64,000 nt of DNA from a bacterium (GTDB lineage: Bacteria; UBA8248). Location of the stretch: assembly GCA_022825065.1 (NCBI GenBank), contig JAJDYR010000022.1:97021-161020 (forward strand), read 5' to 3'. Shown here piece by piece: positions 18,676-29,632 of this stretch (within the stretch, counting starts at the first letter, position 1; each line of letters starts with the position of its first letter). The translations under genes were made by a program, and so were the position numbers. A model generated the notes under the pieces. It worked only from the letters and a program-made list of their open reading frames with translations. It searched no databases and had not been told where the DNA came from.

Positions 18676-21324
18676 TCAATGGATTTCGACCGTCTGGTAT
18701 GAGCCGTGCGTTACCGTCGCCTGTGCAGCCGCGAGCCTCGCAATCGGCGCACGATAAGGCGCGCAGGAGACATAATCCATTTTCACCATATGGCAAAATT
18801 CAACCGACGTGGGTTCGCCGCCATGTTCCCCGCAAATGCCCACTTCGAGATTCTCCCGTCTCGCACGGCCGCGCTCGATGCCGATCTTCACCATCTCCCC
18901 CACTCCGTCACGGTCAACGGCGACGAAGGGATCTCTGGGGATCAGATCCTTCTCGATGTATTTGGGCAGGAACCAGCCGGCATCGTCCCGGCTCAGGCCA
19001 TAGACGAGTTGCGTCAGATCGTTCGTGCCGAAACTGAAGAATTCCGCGCTGTCGGCGATCTCTCCCGCCCGGAGGCAAGCCCTGGGGATTTCGATCATCG
19101 TGCCCGTGAGATACCGCGGCGTGACGCCTTTTTCCTCGATCACCTTCTGTGCGATGTCGTGCACGATGTCGCGATTGAACGCCCATTCCCTGACGCCCGA
19201 GGTGAGAGGAATCATGATTTCAGGAAGCACGTCCACGCCACGCGATTTCATCTCACAGGCCGCCTCGATGATGGCCCGCACCTGCATTTCGGCGATTTCA
19301 GGATAGGTGACCACCAGGCGACAACCGCGGTGGCCCAGCATGGGGTTTTGCTCTTCGGTCGCTTCCGTGGCGTGGCGCACGGTTTCGAGGCCTACGCCCA
19401 GCAGCCTGGCCACATGCGCCATGTCTTCTTCCGTCTTGGGCAGAAACTCATGAAGCGGCGGATCCAGCAGCCTGATCGTTACGGGCCTCTCTTGCATCAC
19501 CTCGAAGATGCCGATGAAATCCTTGCGCTGCATGGGCAGGAGGTGATCAAGCGCGTCCCGCCTGCCTTCCTCCGTAGACGCCAGAATCATCGCGCGCACG
19601 TAGTCGATGCGCTCTCCCTCGAAAAACATATGCTCCGTGCGGCAAAGGCCTATCCCCTCGCAGCCGAATTTGATGGCCGTCTCGCTATCCGTGACCGTGT
19701 CGGCGTTCGCGCGAACGCCCAGGGTCCTGATCTCGTCCGCCCATTCCATCAAGGTGGCGAAATCCCCCGAAAGCTCGGGCTGCTTGAGTTTCGCCTCGCC
19801 CAGGATCACCTCACCGGTCGTACCATTCAGGGAAATGAAATCACCCTCCAATACCGTCGCGCCGTTCACGCGCATCACCTTCTCATCCGCCTTCACGTTC
19901 AAGGCGCTGCAGCCGGTGACGCAACATTTCCCCATCTGTCTCGCAACGACGGCCGCATGCGAAGTGAGTCCGCCGCGCGCCGTGAGGATGCCCTGGGAAA
20001 CGTTCATCCCGTTAATGTCCTCCGGACTCGTCTCCTGGCGCACCAGGACAACGGGATCCCCCGCTTCGGCCCGCTCCACCGCATCCGCCGCGGTGAAAAC
20101 CACCCGGCCCACGGCGGCGCCCGGCGATGCGGCCAGACCCGTGGCCACCACCTTCAATTCCTCCTCGGCGTCGATCGTGGGATGCAGCAACTGATCCAGG
20201 CTGTCGGGGTCCACCATCTTCAGGGCGGTTCGCCTGTCTATCACGCCTTCCCTCACCAACTGAATGGCGATTCGCACGGCCGCCGCCGCCGTTCGCTTGC
20301 CGTTTCTCGTCTGGAGCATGAACAGGCGTCCGTTCTGAATGGTGAACTCCATGTCCTGCATGTCTTTGTAATGGGCTTCGAGTTTTTCGGTAATGCTTTC
20401 AAACTCGGCGAAGCAATCGGGCATTTTCTCCTTGAGGCTTTCGATGGGCTCAGGCGTCCTGATTCCCGCCACCACGTCTTCGCCCTGAGCGTTAAAGAGT
20501 ATCTCGCCATAAAGCGCGTGCTCGCCCGTCGCGGGATTTCGCGAGAAAGCAACCCCGGTGCCGCAATCCTCCCCCATGTTGCCGTACACCATGCACTGCA
20601 CGTTCACGGCGGTGCCCCAGTCATGGGGAATGTGATACAGCCTGCGGTAGGTGAAGGCGCGATCGTTGTTCCAGGAGTTGAACACCGCCTCTATGGCGAG
20701 CCGGAGTTGCTCGTAAGGGTCCTGGGGGAAACTCGAACCCGTCTTCTCTTTGACGAGGGCGGCGTATTCGTCCACCAGTTCGGCCAGGTCGTCCGCCGTC
20801 AGATCCAAATCGGACTCGGCCCCCTTGCGCTGCTTCATGGCCTCGATCTTCGATTCGAAATCGTGGTGCTCCATCTCGAGAACCACGTTGCCGAACATGT
20901 TGATGAACCTGCGGTAGCTGTCGTACGCGAAGCGGCGGCTCCCCGATTTCTTCTCGAGAGCGGCGACCGTCTTGTCGTTCATCCCCAGATTCAGGACGGT
21001 ATCCATCATGCCCGGCATCGAGTCGCGCGCACCGGAGCGCACACTCACCAGAAGCGGGTTTTCGTCGCCGCCGAATTGCGCCCCCATCGCATCTTCGAGC
21101 CACGCCATCTGTTCCTTCACGCCCTCCCAGAGCCCCTCGGGAAAATCGTTTTGTTTCAGATAATCGACGCAAACCTGCGTGGTGATCGTGAAGCCCGGCG
21201 GCACCGGAATGTCCAGGCTCGCCATTTCCGCCAGGTTCGCGCCCTTGCCACCCAGCAGATTGCGCATATCGGCGCTTCCGTCGGTCTGCCCGGCGCCAAA
21301 GGAATAAATCATCTTCTCCGTCAT
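18676..21324 (-). CDS. ppdK: Pyruvate, phosphate dikinase. Start likely the ATG at 21324 or GTG at 21327, after 'GGGAGG'. The tracked ORF begins at 21333.
   Basis: 'MRNLLGGKGANLAEM', 'GGLTSHAAVVARQMGK', C-terminal PEP-utilising domain. About 880 aa. Confidence 0.9.
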   Translation of the reverse strand: MTEKMIYSFGAGQTDGSADMRNLLGGKGANLAEMASLDIPVPPGFTITTQVCVDYLKQNDFPEGLWEGVKEQMAWLEDAMGAQFGGDENPLLVSVRSGARDSMPGMMDTVLNLGMNDKTVAALEKKSGSRRFAYDSYRRFINMFGNVVLEMEHHDFESKIEAMKQRKGAESDLDLTADDLAELVDEYAALVKEKTGSSFPQDPYEQLRLAIEAVFNSWNNDRAFTYRRLYHIPHDWGTAVNVQCMVYGNMGEDCGTGVAFSRNPATGEHALYGEILFNAQGEDVVAGIRTPEPIESLKEKMPDCFAEFESITEKLEAHYKDMQDMEFTIQNGRLFMLQTRNGKRTAAAAVRIAIQLVREGVIDRRTALKMVDPDSLDQLLHPTIDAEEELKVVATGLAASPGAAVGRVVFTAADAVERAEAGDPVVLVRQETSPEDINGMNVSQGILTARGGLTSHAAVVARQMGKCCVTGCSALNVKADEKVMRVNGATVLEGDFISLNGTTGEVILGEAKLKQPELSGDFATLMEWADEIRTLGVRANADTVTDSETAIKFGCEGIGLCRTEHMFFEGERIDYVRAMILASTEEGRRDALDHLLPMQRKDFIGIFEVMQERPVTIRLLDPPLHEFLPKTEEDMAHVARLLGVGLETVRHATEATEEQNPMLGHRGCRLVVTYPEIAEMQVRAIIEAACEMKSRGVDVLPEIMIPLTSGVREWAFNRDIVHDIAQKVIEEKGVTPRYLTGTMIEIPRACLRAGEIADSAEFFSFGTNDLTQLVYGLSRDDAGWFLPKYIEKDLIPRDPFVAVDRDGVGEMVKIGIERGRARRENLEVGICGEHGGEPTSVEFCHMVKMDYVSCAPYRAPIARLAAAQATVTHGSYQTVEIH

Positions 21325-21392
21325 CACCTGCATCCTCCCGCGCCTCTCGCGCGTCTGAGTAAGAGTTATGGATGGCCGAAAACCTGCTCCGG

Positions 21393-23591
21393 TTATTTCG
21401 TCGCCCTTAACTGAATTTTCGTGAAATCCGCGTTGGCCGAAAACAGCGCGCCCACGCCGGCCATCAGCGCAAGACGGTTTTTCCGCAAGGCGGCGTCCTC
21501 GTCCATCACCATCACCTCATCGAAAAAACCATCCACCACGGGCCGGATTTCCGCGATGGCGGCGTTCACGGAAACATAGGCCTCCTCCAGGGAGGCGGCG
21601 TCCTCCGCCCGGACGTTCGCCAACGCTTCTTCCACCGATTTTGAAACAGCGCCCAGGGATGCGTTCAGCTTTTTCTCGGCGTCATCTACGAGAAGCGCCT
21701 CATCCAGGCTGTCCGCCGCATCACGTTCACCGCCCTGATTCGCCTGGCGGATAATGTTGCTCACCCGCTTGAAGGTCGTCGTGAGGGGCTCGAAGGTTTC
21801 TTCGCTGGACGCCAACCGCTCCAGTGCGCGGAGCCGCGCCCGCGCGTCTATCACATCGCGCCAGCCCGAGTCGTCTCCTGCCGCCAGCACCGCTTCCACC
21901 AGGTCGCCTCGCGCCCCGCCGCGAGAGAGGTGGGCGGACACCCGGTTGCGGATAAAAACCAGAATCCTCTCAACCACCTCGTCGGCATCACCTTTGAACT
22001 TGCCCTGCAAAGGTTCGCTCGCGGCCTCCACCCATTCGGATAACGAGATCCTGAAACCCTTATCCTCCAGGATGAGCAAAATCGCGTTGGCCGCGCGCCT
22101 GAGTGCGTAAGGGTCCTCCGAACCACTGGGCAGATAGCCCAGGCCCACCATGCCGACGATGGTGTCCATGCGGTCGGCAAGCCCCACGATGGCGCCTGCA
22201 CGGCCTCCCGGCAGGTCGTCCCCCTCTCCCCTGGGGAGATAATGCTCATATACGGCGCGGGACACCGCTTCGTCCCTGCCCTCGAGCTCGGCATAGCGCC
22301 GGCCCATGACGCCCTGAAGTTCGGGGAACTCATAGACCATGCCGCTGGTCAAATCCGCCTTGCACAGAGACGCCGCCTCGTCCACGGTTTTCGCCAGCGC
22401 GGCGTCGCCCGGCGCGAGTCTTTCGCACAACCATGCGCCCAGGCGCCTGAAGCGCTCGACCTTGTCCCAACTCGTGCCCAGCTTCGGGTGATAGACCACG
22501 CCCTTCAACCCCTCCGCCATGTCGACGAGGGGCGTTTCGAGGTCCTGTCGCCAATAAAAATCCGCGTCCTCCAACCTCGCGCGCACGACGCGCTCATAGC
22601 CCTTCCGCACCACGCTCATATCGTTCGCCCGCGTGTTGCTCACTCCGATGAAGCAGGGAATGAGCCGCTCTCCACCCTTTTCCCTGAGCGCAAAACACCT
22701 TTGGTGCACCTCCAGGGTGGAGATGATGACCTCATCGGGCAGGTCCAGAAATTTATCGTCAAACCCGCACGCCACCGGAAACGGCCACTCCACCAGATGC
22801 GCCACCTTCTCCACCAGGCGCTCCACGGCCTCCGCGTCCGCCGCGGGTACACCTCCCTGGGACCCGGCCGCCTCCAGGACGGACGCACGCACCATGGGGA
22901 TGCGTCCGCCACCCTTTCCGTCATCGACAAAAGGCTCTACATTATTCTCATGCAACACTTGAATATAATCCTGAAAACTACTGATATTTAATTTATTATT
23001 TCCGTGAAACCTATGTCCGAATGTGACTGAACCGAAAGGCGGGAGCGATGCGCCCCCATCCGATGCGGGGCCATCGACGCTCTCTTCACCATAGACTGCC
23101 AGAACCCATTGCACGGGCCGGACAAATGAAAACCTGCCGGCTCCCCAGCGCATGGATTTAGGGGACGGCAAATCCTGGATGAGTTTCGTCAGCAAGGGCC
23201 CCAGAACGGTTTTGGCCTCATTCCCCAAGTCTTCTCTGAAATACATCAGGCGCGCCCCCTTGGGCGTGTCCACCTGCTTGAGCTCGGACACCTCCGCCCC
23301 GTTCGTCCGGGCGAAACCGAGGGCCGCTTTCGTCGGGTTCCCGTCCTCATCGAATGCGTTTCTAACGGGGGGACCCAGGATTTCCTCCTGGAGCGGCTTC
23401 TGTCGCTCCGCCAGATCGGCCACATGCAGGACGAGCCGTCTCGGTGTCCCGAACGTTTCCAAACCCTCGAAAGCGAGACGCGCTTCGTTAAAGGCCGCTT
23501 CCGATCGCGCCTTCAGTGCGGCGAGCATCCCCGGCATATAGGTGGAGGGGATCTCCTCGGTCCCGATTTCAAAAAGCAGTTCTTTGCCCAA
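21393..23591 (-). CDS. glyS: Glycine--tRNA ligase beta subunit
   Basis: 'MGKELLFEIGTEEIPSTYMPGMLAAL'. 732 aa. Directly downstream of glyQ. Confidence 0.9.
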   Translation of the reverse strand: MGKELLFEIGTEEIPSTYMPGMLAALKARSEAAFNEARLAFEGLETFGTPRRLVLHVADLAERQKPLQEEILGPPVRNAFDEDGNPTKAALGFARTNGAEVSELKQVDTPKGARLMYFREDLGNEAKTVLGPLLTKLIQDLPSPKSMRWGAGRFSFVRPVQWVLAVYGEESVDGPASDGGASLPPFGSVTFGHRFHGNNKLNISSFQDYIQVLHENNVEPFVDDGKGGGRIPMVRASVLEAAGSQGGVPAADAEAVERLVEKVAHLVEWPFPVACGFDDKFLDLPDEVIISTLEVHQRCFALREKGGERLIPCFIGVSNTRANDMSVVRKGYERVVRARLEDADFYWRQDLETPLVDMAEGLKGVVYHPKLGTSWDKVERFRRLGAWLCERLAPGDAALAKTVDEAASLCKADLTSGMVYEFPELQGVMGRRYAELEGRDEAVSRAVYEHYLPRGEGDDLPGGRAGAIVGLADRMDTIVGMVGLGYLPSGSEDPYALRRAANAILLILEDKGFRISLSEWVEAASEPLQGKFKGDADEVVERILVFIRNRVSAHLSRGGARGDLVEAVLAAGDDSGWRDVIDARARLRALERLASSEETFEPLTTTFKRVSNIIRQANQGGERDAADSLDEALLVDDAEKKLNASLGAVSKSVEEALANVRAEDAASLEEAYVSVNAAIAEIRPVVDGFFDEVMVMDEDAALRKNRLALMAGVGALFSANADFTKIQLRATK

Positions 23592-23601
23592 ACTGAAACC
23601 T

Positions 23602-24579
23602 CTATTCTTCGCCCACGTTCGACTTCACTTTTTCCGCATCGTATTGCGCGGCGTAGAGGGCGAGATGGTCCTTTCGCTGCGCCTCTTCCCTGATGAGAGG
23701 GAAACCCGCCTCGTAGCGGGATTTCAGATAACTCTCCGCGCATGCGCGCGCCATTTTTCTGATTCTCCCGATGTAGCGCGCCCGCTCACTTACGCTGATC
23801 GCGCCCCGCGCATCCAGAAGGTTGAAGGTGTGCGAACACTTGAGCGCGTGATCGTAGGCGGGAAACGTGAGGCCCTTCTCCACGAGGCGCAACCCCTCGG
23901 CCTCGTATTTATCAAAGATATCGAAATGGATTTTTACGTCCGCCTCCTCGAAATTGTAGTGGCTGAACTCCACTTCCGTCTGGTGGTGCACGTCGGCGTA
24001 CCGGACGACTCCGCCATCGGTATCCCGCGCCCAGACGAGATCGTACACGCTTTCCACCCCTTGCAGGTACATGGCGATGCGCTCGAGCCCGTAGGTCAAT
24101 TCCGCGGAAACCATCTCCAGGTCCAGCCCGCCCGCCTGCTGAAAATACGTGAACTGCGTGACCTCCATGCCGTCGAGCCAAACCTCCCAGCCCAGACCCC
24201 ATGCGCCCAGATTCGGGGATTCCCAATCGTCCTCGACGAAGCGGATGTCGTGATCGAGCGGGTTGATTCCCAAACTCTTCAGGCTTTCGAGGTACTGCTC
24301 CTGCACGTCGATGGGCGAGGGCTTCAAAATCACCTGGTATTGATAATAATGCTGGAGCCTGTTCGGGTTCTCTCCGTAGCGGCCGTCCGTGGGCCTTCTG
24401 CTGGGCTCGACGTAGGCCACCTTCCAGGGTTCGGGGCCGAGGGCGCGCAAAAAAGTGGCCGGGTTCATGGTGCCCGCGCCCACCTCGATGTCGTATGGCT
24501 GCTGGATGACGCATCCCTTTTGCGACCAGAACTTCTCCAGCCCCATGATCACTTCCTGGAACGTCAAGGCGTCGCTCAA
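23602..24579 (-). CDS. glyQ: Glycine--tRNA ligase alpha subunit
   Basis: '[83 protein letters not shown]'. Confidence 0.9.
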   Translation of the reverse strand: MSDALTFQEVIMGLEKFWSQKGCVIQQPYDIEVGAGTMNPATFLRALGPEPWKVAYVEPSRRPTDGRYGENPNRLQHYYQYQVILKPSPIDVQEQYLESLKSLGINPLDHDIRFVEDDWESPNLGAWGLGWEVWLDGMEVTQFTYFQQAGGLDLEMVSAELTYGLERIAMYLQGVESVYDLVWARDTDGGVVRYADVHHQTEVEFSHYNFEEADVKIHFDIFDKYEAEGLRLVEKGLTFPAYDHALKCSHTFNLLDARGAISVSERARYIGRIRKMARACAESYLKSRYEAGFPLIREEAQRKDHLALYAAQYDAEKVKSNVGEE

Positions 24580-25784
24580 CCGATAAACTCCTTGTGCAGG
24601 ACGCGCACCGCATTCTCGGAATCCGCCTGGCGAACCACAACGGATATGGAAATCTCGGAAGTCGAAATCATCATGATGTTGATGCGGCTTCTCGCCAAAG
24701 CGGAGAAAACGCGCGCCGCCACGCCGGCCTGGCTTTTCATGCCCACGCCCACGACGGAGACTTTCGCGATGTCGTCATCGCGGGAGATGGTGGCTCCGCC
24801 GAAGGATTCATTCGATTCCACCATAATCTGTTCCGCCTGCTGCGCCATGTCGCTGTTCACCGTGATGGAGATGTCGGTCAGGCTGTTTTCGCTCACGTTC
24901 TGGACGATCATGTCCACCATGATGGATTTCTCGGCCAACTGGCCGAAAAGAGCGGCGGCGATTCCGGGCCTGTCGGGCACGGCGCTTATCGTGAGTTTCG
25001 ATTGTTTCGAATCGCAACTCACGCCGCGAACGGCGGGTGCCTCGATTCCCGTCGACTCTGGAATGATCAACGTTCCCTCTCCTTCATCAAACGCGGAGCG
25101 GACGACGAGTGGGAGGTCATACTTCGCCGCCAGATCCACAGAGCGCGCCTGCAGCACTTTCGCGCCCAGGGACGCGAGTTCCATCATCTCCTGGAACGAT
25201 ATCTGCTCCATGCGCTTCGCGTCGGGCACAAGGCGCGGGTCGGCCGTGTATACCCCGTCCACATCGGTATAAATCTCGCAGCGGTCCGCTTCAAGCGCCG
25301 CGGCCAACGCCACGGCGGTGAGGTCGGAGCCCCCGCGCCCCAGCGTCGTCTCCTCGTCGAACTCATCGACTCCCTGAAATCCCGCGGCGACGACCACCTT
25401 TCCCCCGTTGAGTTCCTTGAGAATCCTCGCGGGGCGGATGGAGCGAACGCGGGCGCGGGTATGGGCGCCCTCCGTCAGAATGCCCGCCTGCCCGCCCGTC
25501 AAGGATATCGCCGGGATTCCGGCCGCATCGAGAGCGATGGCCAGAAGCGAACTCGCAATGCGTTCGCCCGAGGTGAGCAGCAAATCCATCTCCCGCCCCA
25601 CGGGCTGAGGCGAAAGCGCATGCGCGAGGCGAATCAGCTTATCGGTCTCTCCCGCCATCGCGCTCACCACGACGATGATCCGCTCCCAGGAACCCTTCGC
25701 CGCCGACACCCGCTTCACCACGCCGCGAATCTTCTCCAGGTTCGCGACCGAGGTGCCGCCGAATTTTTTTACGACCAGACTCAT
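24576..25784 (-). CDS. lysC: Aspartate kinase (monofunctional, with C-terminal ACT domains)
   Basis: '[19 protein letters not shown]...[13 protein letters not shown]'. 402 aa. 4-bp ATGA overlap with glyQ. Confidence 0.85.
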   Translation of the reverse strand: MSLVVKKFGGTSVANLEKIRGVVKRVSAAKGSWERIIVVVSAMAGETDKLIRLAHALSPQPVGREMDLLLTSGERIASSLLAIALDAAGIPAISLTGGQAGILTEGAHTRARVRSIRPARILKELNGGKVVVAAGFQGVDEFDEETTLGRGGSDLTAVALAAALEADRCEIYTDVDGVYTADPRLVPDAKRMEQISFQEMMELASLGAKVLQARSVDLAAKYDLPLVVRSAFDEGEGTLIIPESTGIEAPAVRGVSCDSKQSKLTISAVPDRPGIAAALFGQLAEKSIMVDMIVQNVSENSLTDISITVNSDMAQQAEQIMVESNESFGGATISRDDDIAKVSVVGVGMKSQAGVAARVFSALARSRINIMMISTSEISISVVVRQADSENAVRVLHKEFIG

Positions 25785-25793
25785 CTTATCCCA

Positions 25794-27044
25794 TCATCCA
25801 CTGAACAATCGTTTCTTCACCGCGTCGAGTGAATGGACGCGCCCCGCTCGAGCCAGTTCTTCGGAAAAACCGACCGCCGGTTTTCTCCGCCCCCCCTCGC
25901 CGCCGCGAACCATTTCCCAGAGGGCGGCCAACCCGCCCGGCCGTTTCGGCGGCGTCAGATTCTCTCCGTCGAAATCCGCCATGGCGAACGGAACGGCATC
26001 GGCGATCCATTCCTGGGATTCCACGCTGAACCCATGATCCACCATCACGAGGATGCGGCAAGGCTGGTCCAGTTTTTCCAGCAACGACGACATCAGCGCG
26101 GCATCGAATCTCTCGATGGCCCCGATTTTCTCCTCGGGTTCGCGCCACGGGGATATGCTGTCCACATCCTCGAGCAGGAAGACGAAATCATGGCTCGAAA
26201 GCGCCTCGCTCACCCTGGCGGACACCTCCTCCCCCGGCTCATATACATCCGCGCCCCCCAGTTTGGCAAAGCCCTTTGCGAGTTGCGAGTCGGTTATCAG
26301 CGCCGAATCCCTGCCCCCCGTCTTTTCGGACATTCTCCCCACCTCCTCGTGGAGGCCGCCGCCCCAAAGCCACACGGAGTTCGCAGCGAACATACGGGTT
26401 TGCGCCTTTTCCCTCAAACCCGCATGCGTGGAAAGCACCATCTGGGAATCGTTGACGAAATGCACGAAGCGCCGCGCCGCCTCCGCCACCGGCATGTGCT
26501 CCCCGATGGGCATTCCGGTAATCGCATGCGGGGGCGAGAAGCCACGAAAGGATTCCGGTGAAAGCGGCGCGCCCGCACGCCGATAATAGAGAAGCGCCTC
26601 GCAGCCGCCCAGGGGTTCGAAACGGAAAGATTCGCCCTCATCGGGCGGCATGTGGCGCTCCAGATAAGCTATGAGTTCGCGGTTCTCCTCATCCGTGACG
26701 CCGAAGCCCGTCGGGTCCAGCATGACGACGCTCGTCGCGCCGGGCTTCAAGCACACGAAGTTGAGCCGGAAGACCGCTTCACCGGCTTCGGGGAGAACGT
26801 CCGCTGCGGCAGCCAGCATCAGGCCGGAGGAGAGTGCGCCCGAGGAGCCGAAAAAATGATTCAGAAACCCGTCCAGCGAGGGATACGCATCATCGGCTGC
26901 GGGAGACCACGCGCCGGAAAAGCCCGAACCCGCCACCCGATCCAGCACCGGCGTCCGCGCTCTTTGCAGGGGTGTTTCGCCCCCAAAATCCGCCACCGGC
27001 CTGTCGGCGAAACCGCGCGCGAGAACCACAAGGATTTTTCGCAT
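25794..27044 (-). CDS. Cofactor-independent phosphoglycerate-mutase-like metalloenzyme (archaeal-type ApgM family). Candidate non-orthologous homoserine kinase.
   Basis: 'MRKILVVLARGFADRPVADFGGETPLQRARTPVLDRVA' aligns to the ApgM N-terminus 'LILVGDGMADRP..LGGKTPLQ.AKTPNMD'. Sandwiched between lysC and hom. Confidence 0.65.
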   Translation of the reverse strand: MRKILVVLARGFADRPVADFGGETPLQRARTPVLDRVAGSGFSGAWSPAADDAYPSLDGFLNHFFGSSGALSSGLMLAAAADVLPEAGEAVFRLNFVCLKPGATSVVMLDPTGFGVTDEENRELIAYLERHMPPDEGESFRFEPLGGCEALLYYRRAGAPLSPESFRGFSPPHAITGMPIGEHMPVAEAARRFVHFVNDSQMVLSTHAGLREKAQTRMFAANSVWLWGGGLHEEVGRMSEKTGGRDSALITDSQLAKGFAKLGGADVYEPGEEVSARVSEALSSHDFVFLLEDVDSISPWREPEEKIGAIERFDAALMSSLLEKLDQPCRILVMVDHGFSVESQEWIADAVPFAMADFDGENLTPPKRPGGLAALWEMVRGGEGGRRKPAVGFSEELARAGRVHSLDAVKKRLFSG

Positions 27045-27068
27045 CAGGAAGAGCTCTCGTCTGCTCGA

Positions 27069-28397
27069 TCACATGAAAGCCATGCCGTCCGATTCCACGC
27101 GAACGAGCGCGTAAGTGGGCTGCACCACGTCGAGGCGGGAGATCTCCTCGAGCGCGTTTTGCATGTTCTCCTCCGTCGCCTTGTGGGTGAGCAGCACCAG
27201 ACGGGCATAGCCGTCCTCGTCGGCGCGGCCCTTCTGGACGACGGTTTCGAGGCTGATGTCGTGTTCGCCGAAAACACCGGAGATGCGGCTCAATACGCCA
27301 GGCTTGTCCAACGCCGCGAAGCGAACGTAGAAGCGCGTCGAAATTTCCCGCGGGGGGAGGATGTCGAGGCGCGCGCGCTGGTCCGGCAAAAAAGCGGCGG
27401 CGGGGATCCGCGAGTCGCCCCCGTTTTTCAGCCACCTCGCCACCTCGATGATGTCGCCCACCACGGCGGAGGCCGTAGCTTCGGAACCCGCGCCCTTGCC
27501 GATGAACACCTGCGGCCCGGCATTCACGCCCGAGACGGCCACCGCATTGTAGACCCCTCCCACCTGCGAGAGAGGATGACTTTCGGGAAGCATTGTCGGG
27601 TGAACGCGGATATCGAGTTTCCCCTCCCTCTCCTGCGCCATGGCGATGAGCTTGATCCGGTAGCCGAGTTCCTTGGCGATATCGATGTCGACGGACGTGA
27701 TGTTGCGGATCCCTTCGGTGTGGTAATCCTCGAGATCCACGGGCGTTCCATAGGCCAGGTTCGCCAGAATCGCTATCTTGTGCGACGCATCTACGCCGTC
27801 GATATCGAAAGCGGGGTCGGCCTCCGCGTAGCCGAGTTCCTGCGCGCGCTCCAGCGTTTCGCCGAAATCCGCACCCATCTCCGTCATGCAGCTCAGAATG
27901 TAGTTGCACGTGCCGTTCAAGATACCGGCGAGCCTCTCGATTTTGTCTGCGGCGAACGCCTCGCGCAGGTTTCTGACTATCGGAATGCCGCCCGCGACGG
28001 ACGCCTCGAAACCCAGCGGGCAACCCGCCTTCTCCGCAGCGGCGAATATCTCCTCCCCGTGAACGGCAAGCACCGCCTTGTTCGCGGTCACGACCGGCTT
28101 GTTCTTCTCGATCGCCCGCAGGATGTGGCGCCTGGCGTCATCCGTCCCGCCGATAAGTTCCGCGACCACGTGCACCTCGGGCGCGTCGATGACGGCCTCG
28201 AAATCCGTGCCCATATTCTCGGGCGCCACCCCGCGCGCCGTCTTTTTCTTCGTGAAAACGCTGCGGTCCGCAATTCTGGAGACGCACACCTCTACGCCGA
28301 GGCGTCTCTTGATCAACTCCCGCTGCTCGTCGAGCAGATTCACGACCCCGCTCCCGACGGTGCCCAAGCCCAATATGCCGACGCAAATTTTCTTCAT
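27069..28397 (-). CDS. hom: Homoserine dehydrogenase (with C-terminal ACT domain)
   Basis: 'MKKICVGILGLGTVGSGVVNLL...VTANKAVLAVHGEEIFAAAEKAGCPLGFEASVAGGIPI'. 442 aa. Confidence 0.85.
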   Translation of the reverse strand: MKKICVGILGLGTVGSGVVNLLDEQRELIKRRLGVEVCVSRIADRSVFTKKKTARGVAPENMGTDFEAVIDAPEVHVVAELIGGTDDARRHILRAIEKNKPVVTANKAVLAVHGEEIFAAAEKAGCPLGFEASVAGGIPIVRNLREAFAADKIERLAGILNGTCNYILSCMTEMGADFGETLERAQELGYAEADPAFDIDGVDASHKIAILANLAYGTPVDLEDYHTEGIRNITSVDIDIAKELGYRIKLIAMAQEREGKLDIRVHPTMLPESHPLSQVGGVYNAVAVSGVNAGPQVFIGKGAGSEATASAVVGDIIEVARWLKNGGDSRIPAAAFLPDQRARLDILPPREISTRFYVRFAALDKPGVLSRISGVFGEHDISLETVVQKGRADEDGYARLVLLTHKATEENMQNALEEISRLDVVQPTYALVRVESDGMAFM

Positions 28398-28423
28398 ATC
28401 CCTTTGACCCGAAAAGCCGCGAA

Positions 28424-29626
28424 CTAGCTCGCCGCCTGCTCGGGCGCTCTCTCCTGAAACAGGGGACGCAAGTTTCTGAGCGCCTGCCGCGTGCGGTGCT
28501 CATTCTCCACGAGCGCGAAGCGCACGTGCCCATCGCCCAACTCGCCGAAACCGACGCCGGGCGAGACGGCCACCTCGGCTTTCTTCAACAAGTATTTGGA
28601 AAACTCCAGAGAACCCATCTCCCGGAAGGCTTGTGGAATCTCCGCCCAAACGAACATCGTGCCCCTGGGCTTTTGAACGGGCCAGCCGATTCTCTCCAGC
28701 CCGTTGCACAGCGCGTCGCGGCGATTCTGGTAAATCTGCCGAATCTCCTCGACGCACTCCTGAGAGCCGTTGAGCGCGATGATCGAAGCGATCTGGATGG
28801 GCTGGAACGCGCCGTAATCGAGATAACTCTTGATGCGCCTGAGCGCGCCGACAATCTCGCGGTTCCCAACGGCGAAGCCCATCCGCCACCCCGGCATGGA
28901 GTAGCTCTTGGAGAGCGAGAAAAATTCCACACTCACATCCTTCGCGCCCTTCACCTGCAGAATGCTGGGCGGCTCATAGCCGTCGAAGCCTAAGTCGGCA
29001 TAGGCGAAATCATGAACCACGATGAGGTTGTATTCTTTTGCGAAGGCGACGACTTTCTCGAAAAAATCCAGGTCCACGCAAACCGTGGTGGGGTTGTGCG
29101 GGAAACTCAAGACGAGGATTTTCGGCCGCGGCCAAATCGGGCGGATGATGTCGGTCATGTTTTCGAAGAAATCATCCCCCTGAGACAGCGGCACGTGAAC
29201 CACGTTGCCGTTCGCCAGGACCATGGCGTACGTGTGGATGGGGTATGTGGGGCTCGGCACCATGACCAGATCGCCCGGGTTCGTGATGGCCAACGCCAGA
29301 TGGGAGAGCCCCTCCTTCACCCCGATGGTGACGATAGCCTCCTCTTCGGGGTCGATATTCACGTCATAGCGGCGGCCGTACCAGCCCGCGATGGCCGCCC
29401 TCAGCCGGGTGATGCCGCGCGAAGCGCTGTAGCGATGATTCCTGGGGTTCGTCGCCGCCTCCACCAGTTTTTCCACGATGTGCGGCGGGGTGGCGAGATC
29501 GGGGTTCCCCATACCGAAGTCGATGATGTCGTCACCCCGGCGGCGGGCCTCGATCTTCAACTCGTCTACGCTCGCAAAAACATAGGGCGGCAGGCGGGTA
29601 ATGCGTTGAAACTCATACATGTTCAA
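28424..29626 (-). CDS. PLP-dependent class I aminotransferase (AlaC/YfdZ-like alanine/aspartate transaminase family)
   Basis: '[44 protein letters not shown]...[20 protein letters not shown]'. 400 aa. Confidence 0.75.
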   Translation of the reverse strand: MNMYEFQRITRLPPYVFASVDELKIEARRRGDDIIDFGMGNPDLATPPHIVEKLVEAATNPRNHRYSASRGITRLRAAIAGWYGRRYDVNIDPEEEAIVTIGVKEGLSHLALAITNPGDLVMVPSPTYPIHTYAMVLANGNVVHVPLSQGDDFFENMTDIIRPIWPRPKILVLSFPHNPTTVCVDLDFFEKVVAFAKEYNLIVVHDFAYADLGFDGYEPPSILQVKGAKDVSVEFFSLSKSYSMPGWRMGFAVGNREIVGALRRIKSYLDYGAFQPIQIASIIALNGSQECVEEIRQIYQNRRDALCNGLERIGWPVQKPRGTMFVWAEIPQAFREMGSLEFSKYLLKKAEVAVSPGVGFGELGDGHVRFALVENEHRTRQALRNLRPLFQERAPEQAAS

Positions 29627-29632
29627 AAATCC

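Noticed and set aside
18706-21414. Very long plus-strand ORFs antisense to real genes. They include 18706-21414 (902 aa, opposite ppdK), 31630-34119 (829 aa, opposite argS/recO), 34595-37198 (867 aa, opposite era/aspS), 26652-28427 (591 aa, opposite hom), 10674-12425 (583 aa, opposite murJ), 23542-25272, 24594-25832, 37770-39320 and 40573-41793.
   Set aside because: Each lies opposite a minus- or plus-strand gene with unmistakable conserved family motifs. Their translations are Arg/Gly/His/Pro-rich low-complexity sequence with no recognisable domain, the typical stop-codon-poor antisense frames of GC-rich DNA.
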